DNA from: an uncultured Actinomycetota bacterium | GTDB lineage: Bacteria > Actinomycetota > UBA4738 | Direction: 5' to 3' | Length of the DNA stretch: 64,000 nt | Assembly (NCBI GenBank): GCA_963781595.1 | Contig: CAWAGG010000001.1 | Span: forward strand, 22,775-86,774 | In this document: positions 29,507 through 38,884 of the stretch, in pieces | Layout of the letters: each line of letters starts with the position of its first letter | Position numbering within the stretch: the first letter of the stretch is position 1 | Notes under the pieces: generated by a model | Seen by the model: only the letters and a program-made list of their open reading frames with translations | The model's database searches: none | What the model was told of the DNA's origin: nothing | Program-made: the position numbers and the translations under genes

Positions 29507-30260
29507 AGCGCTCACCGACCAGCAGCGCGATCTCCGCGGCGACGTACTCGGCGTAGGCGTTGACCTGCGGCCGGAGGTCGTCCCAGCGTTCTTCCTCATC
29601 TCCGAGGTAGATCGCGCGTGCGCGCGCCAGGACCGGGCGGTGCTGCTCGAGGAGCCGCGGCAGCGCCCAGTCCGCCGCGGCGTCCTTCGACAGCACCTGA
29701 TCCGTCACGATGCCGCTCCAGATCCGCGCTAACGTCAGGACGACGTTGCGTGTATCCGTCTCGAGTTCCTCCAGCAGCCCGTCGACGCCGTGCGCGAGCG
29801 CAGCGACGAAGTCGGACCGGGGAACGGGGTCGAAGACCTCCGCCGGCGGTGGCCCGAACAACGGCGCTTCGCAGAGCAGCACCATCCGGATCAGCGACGC
29901 GAGGTCCGGGTTCGTCACCGACGGCCACGGCTCGACGTCGCCGCGTTCGAACTCGGTCCGCCACCAGTCGCCGTACTGGAGGTCCATCCGCGGCGGGTAG
30001 CGCCACGGCCGGATCTGGCCCTCGACGACGAGCGTGACCTCGATCGGACGGGGATGGCCCGACAGCGTGAGCAGGCGGGAGACGAGCCGCCGCTTCTCCT
30101 GAAGCGTCGTGGGCCTCGCCGAGACGATCATCACATCGAGGTCGCTGCGCGGCCGCAGCCCGCCGAGGACGGCCGAGCCGAACAGGTAGGCGCCCACGAG
30201 CGCGTCACCGAGCACGTCGTGCACGGCCGACACCGTCAGCTGGACCTGATGGTCGTTCAC
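29499..30260 (-). CDS. Aminoglycoside nucleotidyltransferase homologue (ANT(3'')/ANT(9)-like, DUF4111)
   Basis: YLFGSAVLGGLRPRSDLD, RPIEVT, PWRYPP, QYGDW, DTRNVVLTLARIW, SKDAAADW. Confidence 0.85.
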   Translation of the reverse strand: MNDHQVQLTVSAVHDVLGDALVGAYLFGSAVLGGLRPRSDLDVMIVSARPTTLQEKRRLVSRLLTLSGHPRPIEVTLVVEGQIRPWRYPPRMDLQYGDWWRTEFERGDVEPWPSVTNPDLASLIRMVLLCEAPLFGPPPAEVFDPVPRSDFVAALAHGVDGLLEELETDTRNVVLTLARIWSGIVTDQVLSKDAAADWALPRLLEQHRPVLARARAIYLGDEEERWDDLRPQVNAYAEYVAAEIALLVGERST

Positions 30261-30345
30261 CCCGGCGATGCCCTCACGAGCTCCGAATCATAGGATGCGT
30301 GTAGGGGGCATCCGCCCCCGACCCCGTGAGGCGAGAGGAGGAGCG

Positions 30346-30714
30346 ATGACCGGTCAGCCGGTGCACATCGAGATCCCCGCGGACGACACGGCGAAGGGAC
30401 GCGAGTTCTGGGGAACGCTCTTCGGGTGGCAGTTCGAGAACTCCCCCGGCGTGGACGAGTACCACATGGCCCGGATCAGCGACCAGGCCGGCGTGGCGGT
30501 CACGAACATGGAGCCCGGTAAGCGCGGGATCCGGACCTACTTCGACGTCGACGACATCACCGCCGCCGTCGCAAGCGTGCGGGAGCTCGGCGGAGAGTCA
30601 GGCGACGCGTCCCCGGTGCCGAGCATGGGGTGGTTCGCCGTTTGCACCGATCCCAACGGGAACGAGTTCGGCCTCTGGCAGAACGACACGTCGGCTCCGC
30701 CGCCGAACGCGTAG
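30346..30714 (+). CDS. VOC family protein
   Basis: PVHIEIPADD..FWGTLFGW...DPNGNEFGLWQ; RBS AGGAGG. Confidence 0.9.
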   Translation: MTGQPVHIEIPADDTAKGREFWGTLFGWQFENSPGVDEYHMARISDQAGVAVTNMEPGKRGIRTYFDVDDITAAVASVRELGGESGDASPVPSMGWFAVCTDPNGNEFGLWQNDTSAPPPNA

Positions 30715-30784
30715 CCCTCGGTCACCAGGTCGCCCGGTCGGCGTCGGCGCCGCGGAGACATGCGCCGCGCTAGGGTCTGTCGTC

Positions 30785-31789
30785 ATGCCGCAGCCGATGG
30801 ACGCCGTCGACCGGGTCGCCACGGAGACGGGGTTCTCCGGCGTCGTGCGGGTCGACGGGCCCGATGGCGTCGCGTTCGCGAGGGCGTACGGGCTCGCGGA
30901 TCGCGGGCACGCGATCCCCAACACGACCGCCACGCGGTTCGCGATCGCCAGCGGCTCGAAGGGCATGACGGCCCTGGCGGTCGTGAGCCTGATCGACGAC
31001 GGCGCGCTCGGGCTCACGACCACGGCGCGCTCGGTGCTGGGCGACGACCTGCCGCTGATCCGCGACGACGTCACTGTCGAACATCTGCTGGCGCACCGAT
31101 CGGGCATCGGCGACTACCTCGACGAGGACGCCGGCCACGCGATCACCGACTACGTGATGCCGGTCCCCGTACACGAGCTCGCGACGACCGAGCAGTTCCT
31201 CGCGGTGCTCGACGGCCATCCCACGGCGTTCCCACCGGGCGAGCGATTCTCCTACTGCAACGGCGGCTTCGTCGTGCTCGCCCTGATCGCCGAACGCGCG
31301 AGCGGCGTCCCTTTCCACGACCTGGTGCACCAACGGGTGTGCGAGCCAGCGGGCATGGGCGACACCGAGTTCCTGCGGTCCGACGAGCTCCCCGGGAGCG
31401 CCGCCATCGGCTACTTGTCGGTCGACGGCCCCAGGACGAACGTGTTCCATCTCCCGGTGCGCGGAACCGGGGACGGCGGGATCTACTCCACGGCCGCCGA
31501 CATCGGTTCGCTGTGGAACGCGTTCTTCGCCGGCAGGATCGTGTCGGAGGACTGGGTCTCCGAGATGGTGCGGCCCCGCAGCGACTGGCCGGAGGAGTCG
31601 AGGCGGTACGGCCTCGGCGTCCACCTCCACGCGTCGAGCGACGTCGTGATGCTCGAGGGATACGACGCCGGGGTCTCGTTCCGAACGACCCACGACCCGG
31701 CCGCGGCCGCGACCTACACCGTGATATCGAACACCTCCGACGGCGCGTGGCCGATCGTGAGGCTCCTCGACGAACGCACCGCGATCTGA
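30785..31789 (+). CDS. Serine hydrolase, beta-lactamase class C-like family
   Basis: FAIASGSK (SxxK), LLAHRSG, PGERFSYCN. Confidence 0.88.
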   Translation: MPQPMDAVDRVATETGFSGVVRVDGPDGVAFARAYGLADRGHAIPNTTATRFAIASGSKGMTALAVVSLIDDGALGLTTTARSVLGDDLPLIRDDVTVEHLLAHRSGIGDYLDEDAGHAITDYVMPVPVHELATTEQFLAVLDGHPTAFPPGERFSYCNGGFVVLALIAERASGVPFHDLVHQRVCEPAGMGDTEFLRSDELPGSAAIGYLSVDGPRTNVFHLPVRGTGDGGIYSTAADIGSLWNAFFAGRIVSEDWVSEMVRPRSDWPEESRRYGLGVHLHASSDVVMLEGYDAGVSFRTTHDPAAAATYTVISNTSDGAWPIVRLLDERTAI

Positions 31790-31905
31790 TCGGAGCGCGC
31801 GGCCGGAAGGGTAGCCGCGTCCCCTTCGTGCGACGTGGCCCTGACGCGATGAGGGACCCGGGTCGTCGACGCCGGGTCCCTCGACCGCATCCACCCGGTC
31901 CGTCG

Positions 31906-32367
31906 TTAGGCTCCGCTACCGGATCCGTCCCGCGGGCCGCCGCCGAAGCCGTTGACGGTGCTCGTCACCTTGAAGTTGCTGTCCAGCTTCACGGTGACGA
32001 AGCTGCCGTCGGCCTTCTGCATGTGCGCCTCGTAGGCGGCGCCGCCCGAGTCGGTCTCAACCCGGATGACCGTCGCCCCGGGAACGGCCGCCTTCGCCGC
32101 GGCCGTGACCTTCGAAGCCGCCCCGTCGGTGAGCAGCGTCTCCCCGGGCCCGTGCGCGACGGTGGCGGGATCCATCCACGCGCCGGACCCGTTCGAGCCC
32201 GGGGCCGTTGCGGTCGCGGTGTTCGAGCTCGACGTCGACGTGCTCGAGCTGGCTGCGCCCGCGATCTGCGACCCGGCCAGGATCCCGCCGGCGAGCAACC
32301 CCGCCCCCAGCAGACCCGCGGCGCCGAACCACCGTCGTACGGTCGCCTTCCTTCCGTTCGTCTCCAC
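31906..32367 (-). CDS. Secreted PepSY-like protein
   Basis: Signal peptide, Ser/Thr linker, AVPGATVIRVETD..AYEAH. Confidence 0.7.
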   Translation of the reverse strand: METNGRKATVRRWFGAAGLLGAGLLAGGILAGSQIAGAASSSTSTSSSNTATATAPGSNGSGAWMDPATVAHGPGETLLTDGAASKVTAAAKAAVPGATVIRVETDSGGAAYEAHMQKADGSFVTVKLDSNFKVTSTVNGFGGGPRDGSGSGA

Positions 32368-32463
32368 CTCGATCCTCCTTCCGGCGACGCCCGGTGCGCC
32401 GCCTTCGGGACGACACGTTCGGCCCCCGAGCTGTGACCGCGGTCCGACGAACCTGTGAACGGC

Positions 32464-33849
32464 CTAAGGATCGCCGACGGCCGTCGCCGGGGGCGCGGCG
32501 GGCGCTCGCCGCGCCTCGAGCAGGGCGATCACGATGTACGCGACGGCCACGCCGACGATGACCAGCGGCGCCTCGGCCGCACCTGCCTGCGAGACGATCA
32601 GGGCCAGCACGACGGCCGACAGCGGAAGCTTGAGCACCGACACGACCGCGACCCCGATCAGCACACCCACGGCGGGGGTCTCGCTGAACCCGGGGAGATG
32701 CCCGGCGAGGAGGCCGCCCGCGATCCCGAGGAAGATCGCCGGGAACGTCGGGCCGCCCCGTGCGCTGCCCAGGGAGATGCCCCAGGCGGCCCCCTTGAAC
32801 AGGACCAGCAGCGCGATCGTGCCCAGCGAGATCGCCGCCGCGTCGTTCACGATCGGGTTCATCTCGTCCTGCCCGGAGAAGAGCACGGCGGTCGCGGGCT
32901 GCCCGGTGACCTGCGCGAACGTGATCGCCAGGCCGGCGATCACGAGGGCCGCGACCGGCACGAGCACCAGCGGGCGTTTCGCGACGTACCGTCGCGTCGC
33001 GCGGCCGAGCTCGACGATGGCGAACACGACGATCGCGGCCACGATCGCGAGCGCGATCGACCAGAGGAAGTCGACGTAGGTGGGGTGTGGGTAGGCCGGC
33101 AGGGATAGTGGGCTGATCGCGTATGCGCTCGAGCTGAGCCCGGTGCCGGACCCCATGCCGATGAACACGAGCGACCCGATCCCGGCCGCGATCAGACCGG
33201 GCAGCAGGACCAGCGGGAGGGTCGGCCCGCCCAGGCCCGCGGCTTCGATGATGATCACCGCACCGATGATCGGTGACCCGAAGATCGTCGAGAGGGCGGC
33301 GAAGCTCCCGGCGGCGGCCAGGACCAACTTCCCCTGATCGGGAACGTCCCTCTTCGTGAGTTGCACCGCGAGGAGCGCGAGCCCCGTGCCGAGCGCGATC
33401 AGCGGCGCCTCCGGGCCCAGCACGAGCCCGAGGCCGATCGAGGCGAGCGCCGCCAGCAGGACGCCGGGGAGCTGGACCGGCTTCGTCGCGGGCCCGGACT
33501 TGAGGCCCTCGGACGGCTCATGGCCCCCGCCCCCGGGCAGGCGCTCGATCGCGAGCGCGACGATCACGCCGGCGATACCGAGCACCGGGAGCGGCCACCA
33601 CCACGGGAGGGCGTCGAAGCCCAGCGCGTTCGGCAGGTCCGTGTACACCCACTGCTGGATCCCGTGGATCAGCTCGAGGAAGGCCCAACACGCCACCGAG
33701 ACCAGCACGCCGATCAGCGCCGCGAACACGAGCAGCGCCCGGTAGCTCGTGCTCCGGATCAACGCTCCCGGATCTACCGGCGGGGTAGCCACGCCGCCCG
33801 CGGCCCCTCCCCCTCCCGTTCGCCCGGCAGATCCCTCGGCGTCCGTCAC
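32464..33849 (-). CDS. CLC-family chloride channel/antiporter protein
   Basis: Polytopic; GGGHEP, LGPEAP, GGPTFP motifs. Confidence 0.85.
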   Translation of the reverse strand: MTDAEGSAGRTGGGGAAGGVATPPVDPGALIRSTSYRALLVFAALIGVLVSVACWAFLELIHGIQQWVYTDLPNALGFDALPWWWPLPVLGIAGVIVALAIERLPGGGGHEPSEGLKSGPATKPVQLPGVLLAALASIGLGLVLGPEAPLIALGTGLALLAVQLTKRDVPDQGKLVLAAAGSFAALSTIFGSPIIGAVIIIEAAGLGGPTLPLVLLPGLIAAGIGSLVFIGMGSGTGLSSSAYAISPLSLPAYPHPTYVDFLWSIALAIVAAIVVFAIVELGRATRRYVAKRPLVLVPVAALVIAGLAITFAQVTGQPATAVLFSGQDEMNPIVNDAAAISLGTIALLVLFKGAAWGISLGSARGGPTFPAIFLGIAGGLLAGHLPGFSETPAVGVLIGVAVVSVLKLPLSAVVLALIVSQAGAAEAPLVIVGVAVAYIVIALLEARRAPAAPPATAVGDP

Positions 33850-33954
33850 GCTCGGATCCCCCTCCGCTCGAATGGCCTCGCTGCCTGACCCGATCCGGGC
33901 AACCGTACCCCGTGTTCCTCGCAGAGGCGCGGTACCCGGTCGAAGTGGCCCGGC

Positions 33955-33998
33955 GTCAATCAGGGTTGACATCCACGGAGACGTCAACTACGGTTGCT
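33955..33998 (+). promoter_or_regulatory. Tandem GTCAA-N6-TTGAC operators over the promoter of the HTH-ClpN pair
   Basis: GTCAATCAGGGTTGAC (33955-33970) and GTCAACTACGGTTGCT (33983-33998); contain TTGACA and TACGGT. Confidence 0.65.
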
Positions 33999-34000
33999 CC

Positions 34001-34240
34001 ATGACGACGAACGAGGAGCCACAGGCTCGCGACCCGAGGGACGGCCTGGCCTCGGTGGTCGCGTTGCGTCAGCTCGCCGACCGCCTCGAGGCCACCGAGG
34101 TCGAGCGCGCGATCCGCGCGGGCTGGACGTGGAGCCGTGTCGCCGAGGCGCTCGGGGTGACCCGCCAGGCCGTCCACAAGAAGTACGCGAAACGCATCTC
34201 GGCGGCGGGGGTCGCGACGGGAAGGAGACGCGATGTTTGA
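34001..34240 (+). CDS. Small HTH regulator
   Basis: GLASVVALRQL...GWTWSRVAEALGVTRQAVHKKY. Confidence 0.85.
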   Translation: MTTNEEPQARDPRDGLASVVALRQLADRLEATEVERAIRAGWTWSRVAEALGVTRQAVHKKYAKRISAAGVATGRRRDV

Positions 34241-34727
34241 ACGGTTCGACGATCGCTCGGCGGCGGTGGTGACACAGGCGCGGGAAGAAGCGCGCCTCCT
34301 CGGGGCGAACCGGCTCGAGGCCGAACACCTCCTCCTGGCGCTCGCACGGCAGGCGACGTCCGACGCGGGGCGCGTTCTGGCCGAGGCGGGCCTTGACCAC
34401 GCCGGCGTGCGGCGCGCCCTCGACACCGAACTCGAGCGGAGCCTCGAAGCGGCCGGGATCGCGGGCCCCACGATCGCATCGGCCGTCGCGGAGCTCCCGC
34501 TGCCGGCGACGGCACAACCTCGCTGGGGCGCGTCGGCGAAGGAGGCGATGAAGCGCGGGCTGACCGTCGCTCAGACCCGTCGGGATCGCTCGATCCTGCC
34601 GATCCACCTGCTGCTCGGCGTCCTCGCATCCAGCGAGGGGACCGTGCCGCGCGCGCTCGACGCGGCCGGGGTCGATGGGTCGGCACTCGCAGCACGCGCG
34701 GAGGCTTCGCTGAACCGATCGGGATAG
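34233..34727 (+). CDS. Stand-alone Clp N-terminal repeat protein
   Basis: MFERF..AREEAR..EHLLLAL and second repeat HLLLGVL; no AAA domain. Confidence 0.88.
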   Translation: MFERFDDRSAAVVTQAREEARLLGANRLEAEHLLLALARQATSDAGRVLAEAGLDHAGVRRALDTELERSLEAAGIAGPTIASAVAELPLPATAQPRWGASAKEAMKRGLTVAQTRRDRSILPIHLLLGVLASSEGTVPRALDAAGVDGSALAARAEASLNRSG

Positions 34728-34763
34728 CGAAGGGCGCCGAGGCCGCCGGCCGGTCGACGCCGG

Positions 34764-35486
34764 TCAGGTCTCGGGCTGGTCGCGCCACCACATCCTCAGC
34801 TCTCCGACTGGGCGGAAGCCGAGCCGGAGGTACAGGCTCTCCCCCTCGGGGCTGGGGGCGAGGACGGACGGCAGGCCCGAGTCGGCCAGCAGCGCCGCGC
34901 GCGTGATCGCTGTCGCGTAGCCGCGCCGCCGGGCCGACGCGATGCTCGTGACGCCGAACACCCCGATGGCCGCGTCCGTCTCGTAGCTCGCCGCGGCCGC
35001 GACCGGCCGCCCGCCGACGCGGCCGATCCAGTTCGTCATCCGCGGTTCGGCGAGGATCGTCGCGGGATGGGCGGCGCCGACGTCGACCGCCGTGTCCTCC
35101 GCCTCGAACCCCCGCACGCTGACGGCCTCGAACTCCTCGACCTCAGGGGGCGTGCGGGCGCGGACGATCTCCAGCTCCGGCGGCACCCGCTCCGGCCCGA
35201 GCGGGCCGACGGGTCGGAGGAACCAGGGTTCGGCGTCGCGGCGTTCGAACCCGAACCGTTCCAGATCGAGGCTGGACCACGCGTCGCACACCGTTCCCGA
35301 CGTCCCTGCGAGCGCCTCCGGCCGCGCGTCGCGCCGCCGCGAGATCGCGGTGAAGTACCAGGGCTGCGGTGGCTGGCCGAGCAGCCGCCACGCGTTCTCG
35401 TCCGTCGCCGTCCGAAGGCCGAACGCGCGCATCCACGCGTCGTGCCAGCCGATGCACGCATCGACGCACAGGGTCACCTCGTCCAT
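34764..35486 (-). CDS. GNAT-like acetyltransferase
   Basis: GVTSIASARRRGYA...LYLRLGF. Confidence 0.75.
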   Translation of the reverse strand: MDEVTLCVDACIGWHDAWMRAFGLRTATDENAWRLLGQPPQPWYFTAISRRRDARPEALAGTSGTVCDAWSSLDLERFGFERRDAEPWFLRPVGPLGPERVPPELEIVRARTPPEVEEFEAVSVRGFEAEDTAVDVGAAHPATILAEPRMTNWIGRVGGRPVAAAASYETDAAIGVFGVTSIASARRRGYATAITRAALLADSGLPSVLAPSPEGESLYLRLGFRPVGELRMWWRDQPET

Positions 35487-35544
35487 CGCGCACATGAGCG
35501 TAGGCGAGCCGTCGCCGCGCCGGCGGAACCCGATCGAGCCCCCG

Positions 35545-36615
35545 TCAGCCGGCCGGGTCGGGCGCTGGTGCTTGCCCTGCGGGCTCGTTCGCCCGCCGGA
35601 GCCAGATCTCCCGCCAGTACGGATAGATGCTTCGCGGGCAGAACTGGTGGTAGTCGGCCGTGCAGATGACGCCCTCCAGGATGATGCAGTCACCGGGGAG
35701 CTCGAGCATCCTGCCCGTCTTCTCGTCGACGAGCCGATCGACGCGCCGGAGGACGCGGGCGCGCGTCCCGCAGTAGCGGAGCATCTCGACGTCGAACCGG
35801 AGCCCGCGGTTGTGCCCCCCTTGGTCAAGGGTCGCGAAGATCTCTTCCTTCGACTTCACCTCGACCAGCTCTCCCGGCTGGAGGTCGAGCAGCTCCTTCG
35901 GGGTCTTGCCATGGAGCGCGCCGTCGATGAACGGGTAGTTCTTGCCCCCGTGGATCCGCAGCCGCATCGGGAGGAACCGCCGGCTGGCGTCCTGGAACTT
36001 GTTGAACACCAGGATGACAAGGCCCCGGACCATCTGGAGGAGTCCGGCGTTCCCCGAGCGAACGTCCTCCGCGTACTGTCGGGCGTCCCAGCCGGCGATG
36101 TGGACCGACGCCGCTTTCGGAAGGTCCGTCGCCTGGCACGAGTAGATCGGTTCGCCGCTCGCGTCAGCGCCGGCGCGCGTCGCGAGCTGCAGCATGGTCA
36201 CCGTCCGCGCGGGATCGGTGGAGTCGGTCATGGCATCGGCCGGCGCCTCCGCGTCCGGCCTGGGCTCCACGCGCTTGAGCCAGGCCTCCTTCCAATAGAT
36301 CATGCACGCGGCCTGGCACCCGTCGTGGGCCCCTCCGTCGCACCGCAGGCCCTCCAGGTGCACCGCGCGCTCCATCCGGTACATCCCCGTGTTGCCGATC
36401 GTGTCGCAGGCCTTGATCGCTCGCCGGTAGACACGGAAGCGCCCGCCACAGTACTGGAGCATCTCGGGCATGAACGGAAGACCGTCAAGCCGTCCGCGCT
36501 CGTCCAGGGTCGCGAGGATCTCGCCCTGGCTCCGCACCTCGACCAGTTCGCCGATGCGCAGATCGAGCCGGTCGGAGCTCGAGGGCCGTCCGGTCCGCCC
36601 GTCGTGTATCTGCAT
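35545..36615 (-). CDS. Hypothetical protein with two Cys/His-containing internal repeats
   Basis: Two copies of GELVEV.S..EI.ATLD...EML.YCG...LEG..C...H..C...YW.E.WL. Confidence 0.8.
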   Translation of the reverse strand: MQIHDGRTGRPSSSDRLDLRIGELVEVRSQGEILATLDERGRLDGLPFMPEMLQYCGGRFRVYRRAIKACDTIGNTGMYRMERAVHLEGLRCDGGAHDGCQAACMIYWKEAWLKRVEPRPDAEAPADAMTDSTDPARTVTMLQLATRAGADASGEPIYSCQATDLPKAASVHIAGWDARQYAEDVRSGNAGLLQMVRGLVILVFNKFQDASRRFLPMRLRIHGGKNYPFIDGALHGKTPKELLDLQPGELVEVKSKEEIFATLDQGGHNRGLRFDVEMLRYCGTRARVLRRVDRLVDEKTGRMLELPGDCIILEGVICTADYHQFCPRSIYPYWREIWLRRANEPAGQAPAPDPAG

Positions 36616-36775
36616 CTCGTCAGACTAATCGGTCGGACCGACGACCATCTGGACGCCCCGGGCGCGATCGGCTGGTCGACGGGCTCCCCGGCCGCCACTC
36701 CGGGGGCCGTCCGACCCCTAAGCATGTCTCCGCGCCGCGGCACCATGGGATCAGCGGTCGACGAAGGAGGGTTCG

Positions 36776-37321
36776 ATGAAAGCCCTTGTGGTGTACGAGT
36801 CGATGTACGGCAACACGGCGGCGATCGGGGGTGCCATCGGCGCGGCGCTCCACACGGGTGCGCTGGACGTCGATGTCCACCCGATCTCGCAGATCGCCCC
36901 GGAGGACACCGGCGGGTTCGACCTGATCGTCGTCGGAGGTCCGACCCACGCCCACGGGATGAGCCACGCATCGACCCGGAAAGCCGGCGCCTCTGACGAG
37001 AAGAACACCTTCCCCGAACCGACCCTCGTGCCGGGGATCCGCGAGTGGCTGAGCGCTCTGCCCGAGGGCGAAGGGCGGTTCGCAGCGGCGTTCGACACGC
37101 GGTTCGACAAGCCCGCAGCCCTGACGGGGTCCGCCGCGAGGGGGATCGCGAGGCGGCTGCGCCACCGCGGCTACCACCTCATCGCCCCACCCGAGAGCTT
37201 CTTCGTGACCACGGAGAACACCCTCGAGGACGGGCAGATGACCCACGCGGCGACCTGGGGCGGCGCGCTCGCTGAACGCACAAGGTCGGGCCTGTCGTAC
37301 GCCTCGCGCCGCACGGCCTGA
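36776..37321 (+). CDS. Flavodoxin-domain protein
   Basis: VVYESMYGNT, VVGGPTH, AAFDTR; RBS AAGGAGG. Confidence 0.88.
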   Translation: MKALVVYESMYGNTAAIGGAIGAALHTGALDVDVHPISQIAPEDTGGFDLIVVGGPTHAHGMSHASTRKAGASDEKNTFPEPTLVPGIREWLSALPEGEGRFAAAFDTRFDKPAALTGSAARGIARRLRHRGYHLIAPPESFFVTTENTLEDGQMTHAATWGGALAERTRSGLSYASRRTA

Positions 37322-37380
37322 CGGACGCGGGAACGGCCACGGACTCTGGCGCCGGTGCCCCAGCCCGCTCGCGGTGCTGG

Positions 37381-38547
37381 TTACGCGGGCTGGGTCCGCA
37401 GTGGAGGGAAGTCTGCGCGCAGGCCGTCGGCCTCCACCTGGAACAGCGCCTCGGCGCGCGGGAGCCCAGCCAGGCGGCGCCGGCCCAGGCTGCGGAGGCG
37501 CATGCCCGGCGGGAGCGATCCCTCGATCGCGGCCTTCGTCTCGCCCGACATCACGATCTGACCACCGTGTGCCGCGGAACAGACCCGCGCCGCCGTGTGC
37601 ACGGACAGGCCGATGTAGCCGGTCTCGGTGAGCGTGGGTCGCCCCGAGTGGATGCCGGCTCGGACGCGAACGTCGGCCTCCTCCGGCCACCTCCGTTCCC
37701 CGAGCTCGTGCTGGATCGCCACCGCGGCTTCCACGGCGGCGGCGACGCGCTCGAAGACCGCGAAGAACTCGTCGGCGCGCGCGTCGATCTCTCGGCCGCC
37801 GCCCCGGAGCACGGCGCCGCGGATGATCGCCCGGACGTCGCTCAGCAGGTCGGCGTAACGGTCCCCCAACCGACGCAGGAGCGCGGTCGAACCCTCGATG
37901 TCGGTCAGCAGGAACGTGACGAACCCCGTCGGGAGCGTCGCGGCGTCGGTCGATCTGGCTTCGACCTCGCCCTGCACGCTCTCCCGTTCGATCACGAAGC
38001 GAACAGCCGCCAGGACCGTCTGGGACAGGTCCGGATCGTCCAGGACCGCCGGGTCGTGCACCAGCGCCGTCATCGGCCGGCCCTGACGTTCGAGGTACGT
38101 GACCGCCCGGCCAGCATCGTCGGCGGGGAGCGGAGCGGGCTTGCCCGCGCCGTCCAGGTACGACCCCGCGGCCTCGGACCAGTGCAGGACCTCGAGGCTC
38201 GGGTCGTGCAGGGCGCTACGCAGCTGCTGCTGCAGCTCGCCGGCCGCCTCGATCCTGCCCAGCTCGATCACGACGCGGCCCGCCGCCGCGTGCGCGCCCT
38301 GCATCCGCAGCTGGCCCGTGATGAACCCCACCGGCACGATCCCGTACTTCTTCGCGGCGTTCAGCAGTCGTGTCCGCGCCCGCTCGCGGGCCGCTTCGTC
38401 CTCGAACGAGACCCGGTCGAACCGGGCGAGGGCGTTGCGCACGTGGGCCTCGTCGTGGATCGGCAGGCGCCTCCGCCCGCGGGAGTCGACGTAGGCGAAC
38501 GCGCTGTCGGGGAGCTTCGCGCGCTCGCTCGTGCTGAGCTTCGCCAT
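37381..38547 (-). CDS. DUF6582-like domain fused to class III adenylate/guanylate cyclase
   Basis: N-terminal LPDSAFAY..RRLPIHDEAHVRNALARF; C-terminal FLLTDIEGST, ADEFF, GIHSG, VHTAARV, GGQIVMS. Confidence 0.82.
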   Translation of the reverse strand: MAKLSTSERAKLPDSAFAYVDSRGRRRLPIHDEAHVRNALARFDRVSFEDEAARERARTRLLNAAKKYGIVPVGFITGQLRMQGAHAAAGRVVIELGRIEAAGELQQQLRSALHDPSLEVLHWSEAAGSYLDGAGKPAPLPADDAGRAVTYLERQGRPMTALVHDPAVLDDPDLSQTVLAAVRFVIERESVQGEVEARSTDAATLPTGFVTFLLTDIEGSTALLRRLGDRYADLLSDVRAIIRGAVLRGGGREIDARADEFFAVFERVAAAVEAAVAIQHELGERRWPEEADVRVRAGIHSGRPTLTETGYIGLSVHTAARVCSAAHGGQIVMSGETKAAIEGSLPPGMRLRSLGRRRLAGLPRAEALFQVEADGLRADFPPLRTQPA

Positions 38548-38640
38548 GTAGGGACCATAACCCCGGCGGACGACACAGGATTTCCCATGGCCGGGGAGTA
38601 CATCCGCCCTCGTCTCGGTGCCGTACCTCGGGGGGTCGCA

Positions 38641-38765
38641 TCGTCCGAGGTCGTCCACACGCGCAACGGTCGGATCCTCTCGATCGAACGCGGGCCCACG
38701 GGGCGCTCTATCTCAGCCATGTCGACGGTGGGATCGGCGGGATCTACCGGCTCGCCGACGCCCAG
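38641..38765 (+). pseudogene. Remnant of the C-terminus of a PQQ-dependent sugar dehydrogenase paralogue
   Basis: SSEVVHTRNGRILSIERGP[1-nt deletion]GALYLSHVDGGIGGIYRL matches 39926-40051 STQVVYTNMGRILSMERGPDGALYFSDLRDGVGGIYRL. Confidence 0.75.
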
Positions 38766-38884
38766 GAGCTTCGAGGCGCCGCGTTCCACGGGCGACCGCG
38801 AACGGTAGAAGGCCGATTTCGAAAACGAAAGACCTACGCCGGAGGGCTCAACTCACTCGATGAAGCGCCGATATCTCCCCCGTC

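Noticed and set aside
37381-38547. Cyclase as Pycsar/CBASS defence
   Set aside because: No adjacent cNMP-binding TIR or TM effector; neighbours are a flavodoxin and a dehydrogenase.
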